A stretch of DNA of 64,000 nt from Balanoglossus misakiensis (Eukaryota; Animalia; Hemichordata), in assembly GCA_040954595.2 (NCBI GenBank), contig CM082578.2, forward strand, positions 3,950,831-4,014,830. The letters are read 5' to 3'. Below, one piece after another: positions 38,201 through 49,776 of this stretch; the stretch's first letter is position 1, and the number at the start of each line of letters is the position of its first letter. Made by a program: the position numbers and the translations under genes. The notes under the pieces are model-generated. The model was given only the letters and a program-made list of their open reading frames with translations. It searched no databases and was not told where the DNA came from.

Positions 38201-41200
38201 CTAGCCTAAAAATTGATAGCACAGAAATTCTTTTTATGGATATGAATCATCATATGACAAGAATAAGCTATTAATATTTTGGTAATTTTGGCAATGACCT
38301 TTGACCTACTTTTGACGCATCAATTTTCTGCATATCTAATTCCAGGCTAACCAGTAGGGCTATAAGTTTGGTTTTTGATGTATGTGGATTTGTATGTGAT
38401 CAAAAAATGTTGCTACTTTTCATGACCCCTTTGACCTCTGCTGACCTCATTAAATATGCACATACCTAATTACAGATGAACCAATAGACCTAGAGATTTT
38501 GTTTTGGTTATACATGGACCAGTATGGGGTCAAAATATTTTGCCCAAATGTTGGGTGACCTCGGGTGACCTTTGACCTACTTTGGCATATCTTGACATCC
38601 TCAGCAGATACAGCCTTGGCGTTTGGAGGTATGGGGCCATAATGAAAAGCCAAAGTTTTGGGTCACCTGTGACACCTGCTTAACTCATTATTTATGTGCA
38701 TACCTAATTCCGGGCTAACCAAAAGGGCTAGAGATCTGGTTTTTGTTGGACATGGACCACTATGGGTCAAAATATACTGCCCAAATAATTGGTGACCTCT
38801 GGGTGACCTTTGACCTACTTAACACTATGTCAACACCAAACCTAGATATAACCTTGATATTTCATGGGATAAAACACAGCATTATGTTTCTACTCATTAA
38901 TTATGTGCATATCTAATAATCAAATCAGATAATAGAGCTTGGGCCCGGACAATGCTGCTTGCAGCTTTAATCTTTCTTCTTTCTTTCTTTCTTTATTCTT
39001 GTGTCAATTCTTTGTCGCTCTAGATCTCAGACACCACTGCAGGTACAGTTTTCAAACTTGCTACAGTGGTCAAGGTCAATGAGTAGTCGTGCATTGAACC
39101 CATGAATTTTTAATTAGTCACGTGACCTGGCGGCCATATTGGATTTTCTGAAAAAATGCAAATCTCAGATCTCAGAAACTACAAGTCAGATCGACTTCAA
39201 ATTTGGCGTGCAGGTAGACTACCTTCTGTCAATCATTTTTGTAATTGGAAATTATGCTGACAAAGTTGCAGTTTTTTTGCTACAATTTTTTTTCTGAAAT
39301 CTGGCTTAAATTTCAAAAATCTTCTTCTCCAGAACCGGTGATAACCGAGACACGGGGTTTGGGGTATGTGGTCACCTAACTGATGTCTATCAAGTTTGCG
39401 AAGATCATTATGATTGGTCGAAGATTACGGCGGCCATATTGGATTTTCGAAAAACCCTAGTAAAATTTCAAAAATCTTCTTCTCAAGAACCGGCGATAAC
39501 CGAGTCACAAGATTTGGTGTGTGTGGTCATTAAACAGATGTCTAACAAGTTTGCGAGGGGGATTGTGATTGGTCGAAGATTATGGCGGCCATATTGGATT
39601 TTGTGAAAAACGATTAAAAAGAAAAAATTCCCTTTCTAGCCTAAAAATTGATAGCACAGAAATTCTTTTGATGGATATGAATCATCATATGCCAAGAATA
39701 AGCTATAAATATTTTGGTAATTTTGGCAATGACCTTTGACCTACTTTTGACGCATCATTTTTCTGCATATCTAATTCCAGGCTAACCAATAGGGCTATAA
39801 GTTTGGTTTTTGATGTATGTGGATTTGTATGTGATCAAAAAATGTTGCTACTTTTCATGACCCCTTTGACCTCTGCTGACCTCATTAAATATGCACATAC
39901 CTAATTACAGGTGAACCAATAGACCTAGAGGTTTTGTTTTTGTTATACATGGACCAGTATGGGGTAAAACTATTTTGCCCAAATGTTGGGTGACCTCGGG
40001 TGACCTTTGACCTACTTTTGCATATCTTGACATCCACAGCAGATACAGCCTTGGCGTTTGGAGGTATCTGGCCATAATGAAAAGCCAAAGTTTTGGGTCA
40101 CCTGTGACACCTGCTTAACTCATTATTTATGTGTATACCTAATTCTGGGCTAACCAAAAGGGCTAGAGATCTGTTTTTTGTTGGACATGGACCACTATGG
40201 GTCACAATTTTCTGCCCAAATTGTGGGTGACCTCTGGGTGACCTTTGACCTACTTAACACTATATCAACACCAAGCATAGATATAACCTTGATATTTCAT
40301 GGGATAAAACACAGCATTATGTTTCTACTCATTAATTATGTGCATATCTAATAATCTGATCAGATAATAGAGCTTGGGCCCGGACAATGCTGCTTGCAGC
40401 TTTAATTCTTCTTTATTCTTCTTCTTCTTCTCCAAAAATCGGCCAGGTAGATCTGGAAAACGGCAGCACCTAGGGGGCTGAAACTTGGTAGGGTGATAGG
40501 GGCCAATGAGTAGACGTGCAGTGGCTCGTGAATATTTAATTAGTCACGTGACCTGGCGGCCATATTGGATTTCCTGAAAATCGTTAAATGAGTCCTTCTC
40601 AAAAACCACTGGGCCGATCGAGTTCAAATTTGGTGTGCAGGTAGCCTACCTTATGTCTATCATTTTACCCCATTGAAATCATGACGTCATACATAAAGTT
40701 TTTTTGCTACAATTGTTTTTCTGAAAAACTACTTAAAACTTTAAAAATCTTCTTCTCCAGAACCAGCGGTTACCGAGTCTCGGGATTTGGGATATGTGGT
40801 CACCTAACCTATGTCTATCAAGTTTGCGAAGCGCACTGTGATTGGTCGATCATTATGGCGGCCATGTTGGATTTTCGGAAAAGCATTGAAAAGTGATAAT
40901 TCCGTTTTGTAGCCAAAATGTTGACAGCATGGAAATTCTTTTTTTGGATATGAGTCATCACATGACCGGAAGTTGTCACCATTTTTCAAGGCAATTTTCA
41001 CATGACCTTTGACCCAGTTTTAAAACAACTAATTATATATGCATATTCCCCATACCTCCTCTTGTCAAAGCACCACAGTCATGAATTTTGTGGACATGGG
41101 TACCAATGCTGCCAGGACATGACACAAATATTTTGGTAATTTTGGCAATGACCCTTGACCTATTTCTGAAACATTATTTTTCTGCATATCTAATTCCAGG

Positions 41201-41620
41201 CTAACCAACAGGGCTAGAGGTCTGGTTTAAGTTGGACATGGCCCACCCTGGGGTCAAAATTTTATGCCCAAATTTTGAGTGACCTTTGATGACCTTTGAT
41301 CTACTTTCCCATATCTCAGCATCCACAGCAGTTAGAGTCCTGGCTTTTGGGGGGCAGATGGAGCGCATATGGAGTCTTACACAAGACCTCATTAATTATG
41401 CGCATACCTAATTCTAGGTGAACCAATAGAGCTAGGGGTCTGGTTTTTGTTGGACCTAGACTTGTATGGGGTCCGATTTTTTTGCCCAAATTTGGGGTGA
41501 CCTCAAGTGACCTTTGACCTACTTTCCCATATCTTGGTATCCACAGCTGATACAGCCTTGGCATTTGCTGGTTACCATGGGAACCGCTTGTGCCCCGCCA
41601 ACGCTGCTTGCAGCTTTAAT
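17217..41620 (+). mobile_element. Array of 16 non-autonomous Helentron-type (DINE-1/HINE-like) bodies, ~1.0-1.9 kb each
   Basis: Tails (subTIR + GCTGC-TT-GCAGC hairpin + TTTAAT) end near 18249, 19902, 21709, 23138, 24557, 26419, 27845, 29865, 31523, 32621, 34295, 35710, 37536, 38971, 40407, 41620. Head stacks at 19902 (2), 24557 (3), 27844 (2), 35710 (3); (TTTC)n after heads; internal ~155-bp and ~237-bp subrepeats; no TSDs seen. Confidence 0.88.
40408..41620 (+). mobile_element. Divergent last unit of the array (GGGGCACAAGC subfamily)
   Basis: Colinear but clearly more diverged body; tail GCTTGTGCCCCGCCAACGCTGCTTGCAGCTTTAAT. Confidence 0.8.
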
Positions 41621-43937
41621 ATTTCATCTGTAACCTCTGATGACCTCAGTCAGGCCATAAATAGTATTCAAAAGGCCAAAATAACGGACTGTACCACAGT
41701 TGATGATTTGGCTGAGTGCTTTCATGCGGACATGTCATCTGTATTTGATATTGTTGCTCCGGCCAAAGTAAAGATCGTTCGTGACAAACCGCGCGCCCCT
41801 GGTATGATGAGACTCTGCGTGAAGAAAAACGTACTCTTCGGCAAGTTGAAAGGAAATGGAGAAGACATCAACTCGAAGTAAATAGACAGATCTTTATGGG
41901 AAAACGTGCGAACTATAATAGACTCTGTAATGAAGCACTTGCATTGTATCATAGGACTCGTATTGAAACAGCTGATCAAACTAAACTATTTAGCATTATT
42001 GATGATTTAATAGGCGAAAAGAAATCCTCCGCTTCAATTTTACCCATTCATGATGATAAAGCAAAGTTGGCACAGTCTTTCGCCGATTTCTTTACAAATA
42101 AAATATCCAAGCTTCAGAAGCAATTTCCTAGATCTTTGACCTTAGAAAAGGTCAATGAAGTACCAACGTATTCCTTCAGAGAGTTCACCTCTGTCACCAT
42201 GGCCAGTCTTACTAAAATTATTGATGCCATGAACTCAAAATCATGTGCACTTGACCCAATTCCGACTAAACTTTTGAAATTGTGTCTTCCAAATGTAATT
42301 CATGATCTAGTCAAAATAGTTAATACTTCATTCGATTCGAGTACAGTTCCTAAAATGTACAAACAGGCTGTAGTCCGCCCTTTATTGAAAAAGTCCAGTC
42401 TCGACTCCAATGTTTTATCTAATTATAGGCCGGTGTCTAATCTTGTTTTCGAACATAAATTTCTGGAGAGAGTTGTTTTAATTCAACTTGATGAGTATTT
42501 TAGTCAGTTTTCATTGTATTCTAAATATCAGTCTGCTTATAGACATCATCATAGCACGGAAAGTGCCTTATTGAGAGTTCAAAACGAAATTTTACGTGCT
42601 CTTGATAGTCATAAAGAAGTTATTCTTACACTGCTTGATTTGACAGCAGCTTTTGACATTATTAATCACAAGGTATTGCTGTATCGTTTAGAACATAAGT
42701 TTGGTATTAAGGGCAAGGCACTTGCTTGGTTTGAGTCGTACTTATGTGATAGAACACAGATTGTGTGTATTGATGGTGTATTATCAGAGCCAAGTAATCT
42801 TGATTGTGGCGTCCCTCAAGGAAGTGGACTGGGCCCAATACTTTTTACACTGTATGCAGCACCATTAGAGGATATAATCATTAGACATGCTTTGGATCTT
42901 ATGTTATTTGCTGACGATACTCAGTTGTATTTGATATGTGAACGTGCCACGGACTCGTCATTTATGGTTGAACATTGTATTGATGATATTCGTCAATGGA
43001 TGATTGAAAATCGTTTGGTTTTAAATGATGCCAAGACAGAAGTGATCCATTTTCGTTCAAAATTTAAGAAATCTGTTGACCTGCCATTTCTCAGAGTAGG
43101 GAATACTAATGTTACCACGTCTAGATCCGTCCGCGATCTTGGTGCTTATTTAAACCGCTTTGCAGATATGAGTACTCACATTGTCAAATTATGTCAGTCT
43201 GCGTCATTTGCTCTCCATAGAATTGGACGTATTAAAAATGTTTTAAATCGCTCAAACACTGAAAGACTTGTGCACGCTTTCGTTACATCACGCATGGATT
43301 ACTGCAACAGTTTGCTATTTGGTATCGAAGATAAGCACCTTCATAAACTTCAGTTACTTCAAAATTCTGCTGCACGTCTCGTCACACGCACAAAAAGGCA
43401 TGAGCATATCACACCAGTGAAACGGGAGCTACACTGGCTGCCTATCCATGCTAGAATCAATTTCAAAATTCTTCTTTTTGTCTATAAAATGTTGCACAAC
43501 CAAGCACCTGCCTATCAGTCTGATCTGATCACAGTTCATGAACCTAAACGGTTGACACGCTCAGCGTTCACACCAACTTTGGAGCCAGTGAACTGGGAGC
43601 AGAAACACTTTGGTTACCGTTCATTTTCTAATGCAGCGCCAACTCTTTGGAATGTCTTACCAAAAGAAATTAGATTGTCACCAACCGTTGCTGCGTTTAA
43701 GACATCTCTCAAAACTTACCTTTTTAAGAAGTACATGACTTAGTCACTGTTTTGTTATTTCTAATAACATTTTTATAAAGTTTTAATGCCGAGTAGGCCA
43801 TTTTATCAGTGTATCTTCACGGTTTTAACATTGTATTTTATGAGCTTAGTTGTTTTTTTTATTGTAAAGCGGTTTGATGTTTTTACTGATGGAAATCGCT
43901 GTATAAAAATAAATTATTATTATTATTATTATTATTT
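41621..43937 (+). mobile_element. 5'-incomplete LINE of the CR1/L2 group with (TAT)n tail
   Basis: ORF2-like sequence begins right after the last tail (DIVAPAKVKIVRDKPRAP, frameshift near 41795, then PWYDETLREEKR); 3' UTR then AATAAA and (TAT)n at ~43913-43937; endonuclease domain absent. Confidence 0.9.
41896..43743 (+). CDS. LINE ORF2 reverse transcriptase (partial, 615 aa open)
   Basis: NYRPVSNL, QSAYRHHHSTESAL, LLDLTAAFD, GVPQGSGLGPILF, FADDTQLY, HAFVTSRMDYCNSLL, LHWLP. Confidence 0.9.
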   Translation: MGKRANYNRLCNEALALYHRTRIETADQTKLFSIIDDLIGEKKSSASILPIHDDKAKLAQSFADFFTNKISKLQKQFPRSLTLEKVNEVPTYSFREFTSVTMASLTKIIDAMNSKSCALDPIPTKLLKLCLPNVIHDLVKIVNTSFDSSTVPKMYKQAVVRPLLKKSSLDSNVLSNYRPVSNLVFEHKFLERVVLIQLDEYFSQFSLYSKYQSAYRHHHSTESALLRVQNEILRALDSHKEVILTLLDLTAAFDIINHKVLLYRLEHKFGIKGKALAWFESYLCDRTQIVCIDGVLSEPSNLDCGVPQGSGLGPILFTLYAAPLEDIIIRHALDLMLFADDTQLYLICERATDSSFMVEHCIDDIRQWMIENRLVLNDAKTEVIHFRSKFKKSVDLPFLRVGNTNVTTSRSVRDLGAYLNRFADMSTHIVKLCQSASFALHRIGRIKNVLNRSNTERLVHAFVTSRMDYCNSLLFGIEDKHLHKLQLLQNSAARLVTRTKRHEHITPVKRELHWLPIHARINFKILLFVYKMLHNQAPAYQSDLITVHEPKRLTRSAFTPTLEPVNWEQKHFGYRSFSNAAPTLWNVLPKEIRLSPTVAAFKTSLKTYLFKKYMT

Positions 43938-44530
43938 TGATTCCAGAACCAAGTTTGCGTTATATAGTCAAGGTGACCTTGTATGGTTAGAGGACTCAGC
44001 GAATGCAAGACGGAAGTTGGCACCGAAATGGAAGGGTCCATACAAATATTCAAATGTATGGATGAAGATGGAATTAAATATCAGGTGATTGACATTAACA
44101 GTCAGCGAAGTCATCCAAAAACTGTACACTTTAACAGAATGAAGCCCTATAGAACACCTCCAGACATACAAGACACCCAGAACACTATCTGTCCAGCCTA
44201 TACAGCTTTATCTGGGTCATTACCACGGCAACCAGGTGCGATCACATCCAGCCCTGTATCATCTGAGCAACAGAATACACAACCGTGTGTGACGCCACCA
44301 CCAGCGAGATGTCCAGCATCATCATCACCCGGAACACCAGAAGTTGATCCATCGTCATCACCTCCACCTACACCTAGCCATCAGCCATTGGAAATGCCTG
44401 TTATTCAGAGATCGAGAGAAGCTCCACATCCTTACCAATATCAGAGGGAACGAGCACCAGGGAAAAGAAGAATCAAGCCACCAAGATATTTACAGGACTA
44501 TGTACCAAAATGAATTGATCCATGAACTTA
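43938..44530 (+). mobile_element. Gypsy/Ty3 LTR retrotransposon remnant (integrase C-terminus, frameshifted)
   Basis: GDLVWL...KLAPKWKGPYK (GPY/F motif), then in another frame VHFNRMKPY, Pro-rich linker, RRIKPPRYLQDY, stop at 44513. Confidence 0.8.
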
Positions 44531-45933
44531 CACTACAGACTGAATGTCCTGTTCCACCTGGCGCGCCTGCTCCTGAACGCAGCAAGCCAGGTGGCTCGCC
44601 CTGCTCGCCAGGCCCGGTGAGCGTGCTTGCTGAGCGCGCCAGGCTTGAATCCTGAATATTCATGAGCTACCTGGCTTGCATGGCCAGCCGGGTCACAGGA
44701 AGCGCGCTTGTTTACCTGGCGCGCTAGGCTTGCTCCTTGTCTATGGGCTTCATTATGTGTAGGGAACGCGTAGACCCACGCTACCCGAAACCACAAGCTC
44801 AGTCCCAAATTCGAAACCAAGCATGCACGCAAAAAGTATTGAAGGAAGCCGGTCGGTTTGAACCCCAAAACGTTTGATTGATCCCATGGCATTTCTGGTT
44901 TTTCTAGTCTAGTTGCGCAACCTCCAATTCAGATAAAGAATGCTAGTGGTTCAAAACACTATGTACATGTAGTCATTTATGTTCATTTGTAACCTGTGTT
45001 TTATGTTACCACAGATGCATACATGTAAAGCATACACGTACAAACTACAGATCAATTGCAGCAACTTAAAAATGACGAATATCGTAGCACTTCCTGTTTC
45101 TTGCTAACAGGGGATTAGCCCTCAGAATCTGTGTGCGTCCACACACTAAACGGACATTGTTTTGAGATCAACGCCGTCTAAATGGCAATGTATTTAGGAA
45201 CACGGCAACTAACAAAAATTGAGGACGTCGAGGACATGTAATTGCAACAATCTCAGTTTCTATACCTGGATATGCGTTCTGGACGACTTTGTCGTCTTCT
45301 TCATGACCGTTTTGATATTGTTTAGAAGTACTGGATGTTAATCCACAAATCGAAAACGCCTCGTCTTTTCGGCGATCGAAAGCACCTAAAGTTGGTGGCA
45401 GACCCGGCTAATAACTGCGAGTGGCTAGAAAACCACTCGCGTCCAGTGTTATTGACTCAACAATGGAAACTGACCCAAGACAATAGGTTACCTAGATAAA
45501 CATAATCAAAAGTCACGACAGGGTTGTGCTTTGCGTTCTCACTGTATATTTGCTTCGGTCTGGATCTGAACCACCCGTCATCGCTGTCGAAAATTAACAC
45601 CGGCGCAGCACAGGCGAAAAGCATTCTCCGTCGGAGTCGTATCTGGATCGTTGCTACACCGGTACTACACCGTTGAAAACGTTAATCAATGTACAACTCT
45701 CCTTCTCAACATAAGTTTTATTTCAGACTAGGCATTCAGGGAGGGGCGTTTAATTCACTACGAACAAAATGTGTCCGTTGTCAGTGTTAGTTTTCTTTAT
45801 TAAGCATTTAAAACACAATTACACTACATTAGTTGTACAAATGCAAGGGAACATTTCCTTTATGAACGAGAGAATGACAATCCGACAAACATGCTGATAA
45901 AGCCCCCCCCCCCAAAAAAAAAAAAAAAAAACA

Positions 45934-46973
45934 TCAACGGCGGAGAGCTTTATCGATTGCCTTGATGCACTGTTTTGACCACACGTCGCGCTCGGCGGAT
46001 CGCGGGAAATCGTGGGATTATATTACCATGGCCTGTGCGTCGCATTTTAATTGGTCGAAATGAACGACGTCACTGACCACAAATACTCAGTAATGGTTTG
46101 TTTACATCCCCGTAAATCTGAATAGTAATATTAGCAAACAGTTAAGTGAATACAAAATTTTGCGTAACACAAGTTCCGGGGCCCCTAGTGGGACATTTTC
46201 GTAAATTTTGACGGTTTTCTTGATTTTGTTGGTAATATAATGAACATAACCGACTCCGCCCTGGCGCGGGCTCGAGGAAAGCCAAAATTCATGGGCGAGG
46301 CTTCCGAGCCTATGAATTTTTGGCTTTCCCCTCGCCCTTGCCCATAAACCATCGTTAATGGTCAGGGCGGAGTCCATTATTTCTAAAATATTTTTTGGAA
46401 AGTTGCTCCTTCAACTTTCTTAAGCCTTCTGGGACTTAACTTCAATTTCTGTTTGGTACCCCCAAACACACGCCCTGTGCAATTACGTCCGGCGCGTTCA
46501 CTCGGCGAATAAACCATAAACACAAGGTTCTTGGCAAAGTTGCCTATAGAGCAACTTACGACCTTACACCGGTCTATATATGATTCTGGTATGAGAACAT
46601 CCCCGGTGATAGGAGGGAACCATAGTGGAGGCGGAGTAGTCTCAATCATCCCCGTTGTCTGCGGAGACGTGAGAATCGGCTGTACTGCCGGCTGTAGTGT
46701 AGTTTGGAACGGTGGTGTAATATCAGCGGCTGGGCGTGGTGGGAGTGGTGTTGGTGACAAGGTGGGCGCTGGTGGAATCGGCGGGGGCATGATCATAGTG
46801 CCTGATCGAATGAATTGAACGATCGTTACACACATTATTGTCGCGGTGAACGGACGCGCGTATACGTGTTGTCGATCATAGACAACAGTGTGGTCGATAC
46901 TCTGACTGATTTGTCTTAGTTTCTCTGTTTGGGAAATGGATGAAGTCACATTATTGTGCTTTGTAAGACGCAA
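45934..46973 (-). pseudogene. Pro-rich BEN-domain protein interrupted by a small insertion
   Basis: NFAKNLVFMVYSPSERAGRNCTG...KLKLSPRRLKKV, resuming past the insert as ERDVWSKQCIKAIDKALRR* (stop 45934-45936): the two halves of a BEN domain. Confidence 0.75.
46018..46385. mobile_element. Small non-autonomous element with asymmetric inverted repeat and terminal compound hairpin
   Basis: TTATATTACCA (46018)/TGGTAATATAA (~46230); then GACTCCGCCCTG...CAGGGCGGAGTC enclosing GGAAAGCCAAAATTCAT...ATGAATTTTTGGCTTTCC; splits the BEN ORF. Confidence 0.65.
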
Positions 46974-49080
46974 ATTACAATACTAGTATGTATCTAATAT
47001 TTGAGTCATAGATTGTTCTTGTTTTCATGAGCCTGACACTCAGAACTATGACCCTAGGATCCTAGTGACCGGCGCATCAAATTGTATTTTTAAAACAAAT
47101 CACAGACAAAAATGTACTGACTTCAGAAGTTTTTGTTCATTGAGTTCACACATTTTTTATTTTGAAGTACTGACGAACAAAAAGGTGATAACAACCTGAA
47201 GAACGTGGCTGGCCGAGCATAAACATGTAACACCCGTGGACGCTGGGAGATACAGTACAGAGAAAGCGGGTAGATTTTTACTCTGAAACAAAGATAAGCT
47301 TTAATAGATGCAGTGTATCACTATTTCCTAAATTTACATCACGACCACGCAACGTAACTGCGGTCCATTGCATGTAAGTGTGCGGGCATCTACACCAAAA
47401 ACAGCGACACGGTGCCGTTACAATTATTCCAGCTAAATATAAACACAAGAAAACACGAATCGCGATCTGTGGATTCCCTGGATATGAATTTGAATCTGCA
47501 ATAGACTCTATAGTTTTGGAGATCATGTTGAGGAGAAAAACTTGATCGCACAAATTAGTGAAAAATACATTTATGGGGTAGCCGGTACGATCCTACTGAC
47601 CAAAGGCTACCTCCCGGGGCCCACCCCATTCACACCTGTGATTTACTAATGTGCAGGCAGGTCATCAGTAGGCTTTCTTTTTCCTGTTATGCAGATTATT
47701 CTTCATTGTTGATTTCATATGAGTATCAATGCGTATGACTGCTCGCAGTATACTCTCGGTCTTGATTGTTCTGACTTTTTCGTCCATAATTCTGACTACG
47801 TCCGCGACCCTTGTGGAGTGACCGTGATTCAACCAAGTGAAAATAGCTACCCATCACTCTAATTATTGCAGCTATGCTAGTTATAAACACAATCGCAATT
47901 TTGATCGTGACATAGGCCATATATACTTTTAAATTTAAAAGGAAAAAGGAAACTTTTACTTTTGATGCATTAATTTACGAGCAGTGATTTAAGTGTGAAA
48001 AATAAAAGTACGTTCGAAGCCCTCGCTGTTTCTTCTGACAGTGGTATAGCCTCAGCGGGTTTTCCCGCTCTGCACTCGGATAGAAAGCAGAAAATCCACA
48101 ATGTCTGACAGGTGACAGGTAGTAACTCGGATAGAAAGCAGAAATGTAAGGAAAATCCACAATGTCTGACAGGTGGTCAGTTTGTACAATGAGTAACTCT
48201 CATGACGAATCCTTTATCTTCGAAAGAGACCACTTCAAATTGGGAGAAACAATTAGGTGTTAACGATAATGGCGTTGCTTTGTTGTTTTTTTCTGTGCTG
48301 AAAGGCATTTTTGTATTGGGGTAAAGAAAATTGTGTACAAATTATTACACGTCACATTTGTCGACTCCTGAATTTCAAAACACACGGTACCACAAACGAG
48401 AACATGCACCGTCTCCCCTCACTGCCAGTCCCACTGACATCGCCCCTTTACTGAACTAGGCAACAATGAGTCAGGGGGCCTAGAGCCAAGTTTAGTTGGG
48501 CCATTACCGATAAGTACCGAAACGACTGGGGTGTCGGGGCCGAACAGACCGGGGTCGTGAAAATTGGGGGCCGAAACGATTGGGATCGAAAATCTTTTGG
48601 GCGGAAACGACCTGTTACCGTATTGACAAACCGATAATCCTCGCAAAGTTCGGTCGTATTTAAAGTACAAAGGATCCTTTCCTTTTTGTTGTTGTTGCTC
48701 GATGGATCATTATTCAGAAGGTCTATTTGAACATGCACGTCTCTATGGCTTCTCAGTGTACATGTATATATAGACTGTGCCGTGTCGAGAGAGTGTGTTC
48801 TGCATTAAAGTTTCCGCCCCAAGCACTAGATTACTGAATAAGTTCAGAGCTGATTCTCGACTTTAGTAGTTCCGACATCGATGCATTTTCCCGTTTTGCT
48901 GTTTATTTTTACTTGAGGACATTTTTATTCTACTCTGATGTGACTTGTCCCTATTATTTTTCACATGTTCTAAAATAAAAAGAAATGTTACTTCACAATA
49001 GTGTCATACATGTATGTGTGCACCTGTATCTAACTCACTGACGGTGAGTTTAAGATGTACTTAAACTGGCATTGAATATG

Positions 49081-49776
49081 GCTGGAGTCTATGCAATAGT
49101 TTGACAGAATGAGCACAAGCTAGACATTTCATAGTTATTCAGGAGTGCTTGTATGATGGGGATTGTATGTTGTTACATGGAGGTGGGACGGAAAGGAACT
49201 ACACCTGCTACTCTTGTTTTTGAGGCAAGTCTGTGATTCCACTTGTTTACCGAGTAAACACGACTGTTTATTGGCAAGGCTACTCGCATGTGGCTGACAA
49301 CAAAAGGAAATCAATAAAATAAAAGTTTGATACACGAAGAATGCAATCAGAACACAATATTCATTCTATTGTTTTGAGAATATCCATCTAATTTATCAGG
49401 CGATGAAACAGGTAGAGAGTCCCTGCGTGCTGGAGTCTATGCAATAGTTTGACAGAATGAGCACAAGCTAGACATTTCATAGTTATTCAGGAGTGCTTGT
49501 ATGATGGGGATTGTATGTTGTTACATGGAGGTGGGACGGAAAGGAACTACACCTGCTACTCTTGTTTTTGAGGCAAGTCTGTGATTCCACTTGTTTACCG
49601 AGTAAACACGACTGTTTATTGGCAAGGCTACTCGCATGTGGCTGACAACAAAAGGAAATCAATAAAATAAAAGTTTGATACACGAAGAATGCAATCAGAA
49701 CACAATATTCATTCTATTGTTTTGAGAATATCCATCTAATTTATCAGGCGATGAAACAGGTAGAGAGTCCCTGCGT
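49081..49776. repeat. 348-bp tandem duplication, apparently identical copies
   Basis: GCTGGAGTCTATGCAATAG...GTCCCTGCGT at 49081 and 49429. Confidence 0.95.

Noticed and set aside
18250-40407. CRISPR- or integron-like reading of the constant palindromic junctions
   Set aside because: Intervening segments are homologous to each other, not unique spacers; no cas or integrase genes; eukaryotic context.
17364-41564. Dozens of recurrent 60-140-aa ORFs (MQISDLRNY..., MAFHYGP...)
   Set aside because: By-products of the repeat unit; stops and frames vary among copies; no domain recognised.
504-41620. One giant + strand element from the 504-541 palindrome to the 41620 tail
   Set aside because: SubTIRs match, but the post-hairpin ATTG...GTTGG context shows that head faces the - strand; possible only if an inversion occurred.
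48515-48620. CCGAAACGAC short-repeat cluster, possible MITE end
   Set aside because: Only one end visible; family and boundaries unsupported.
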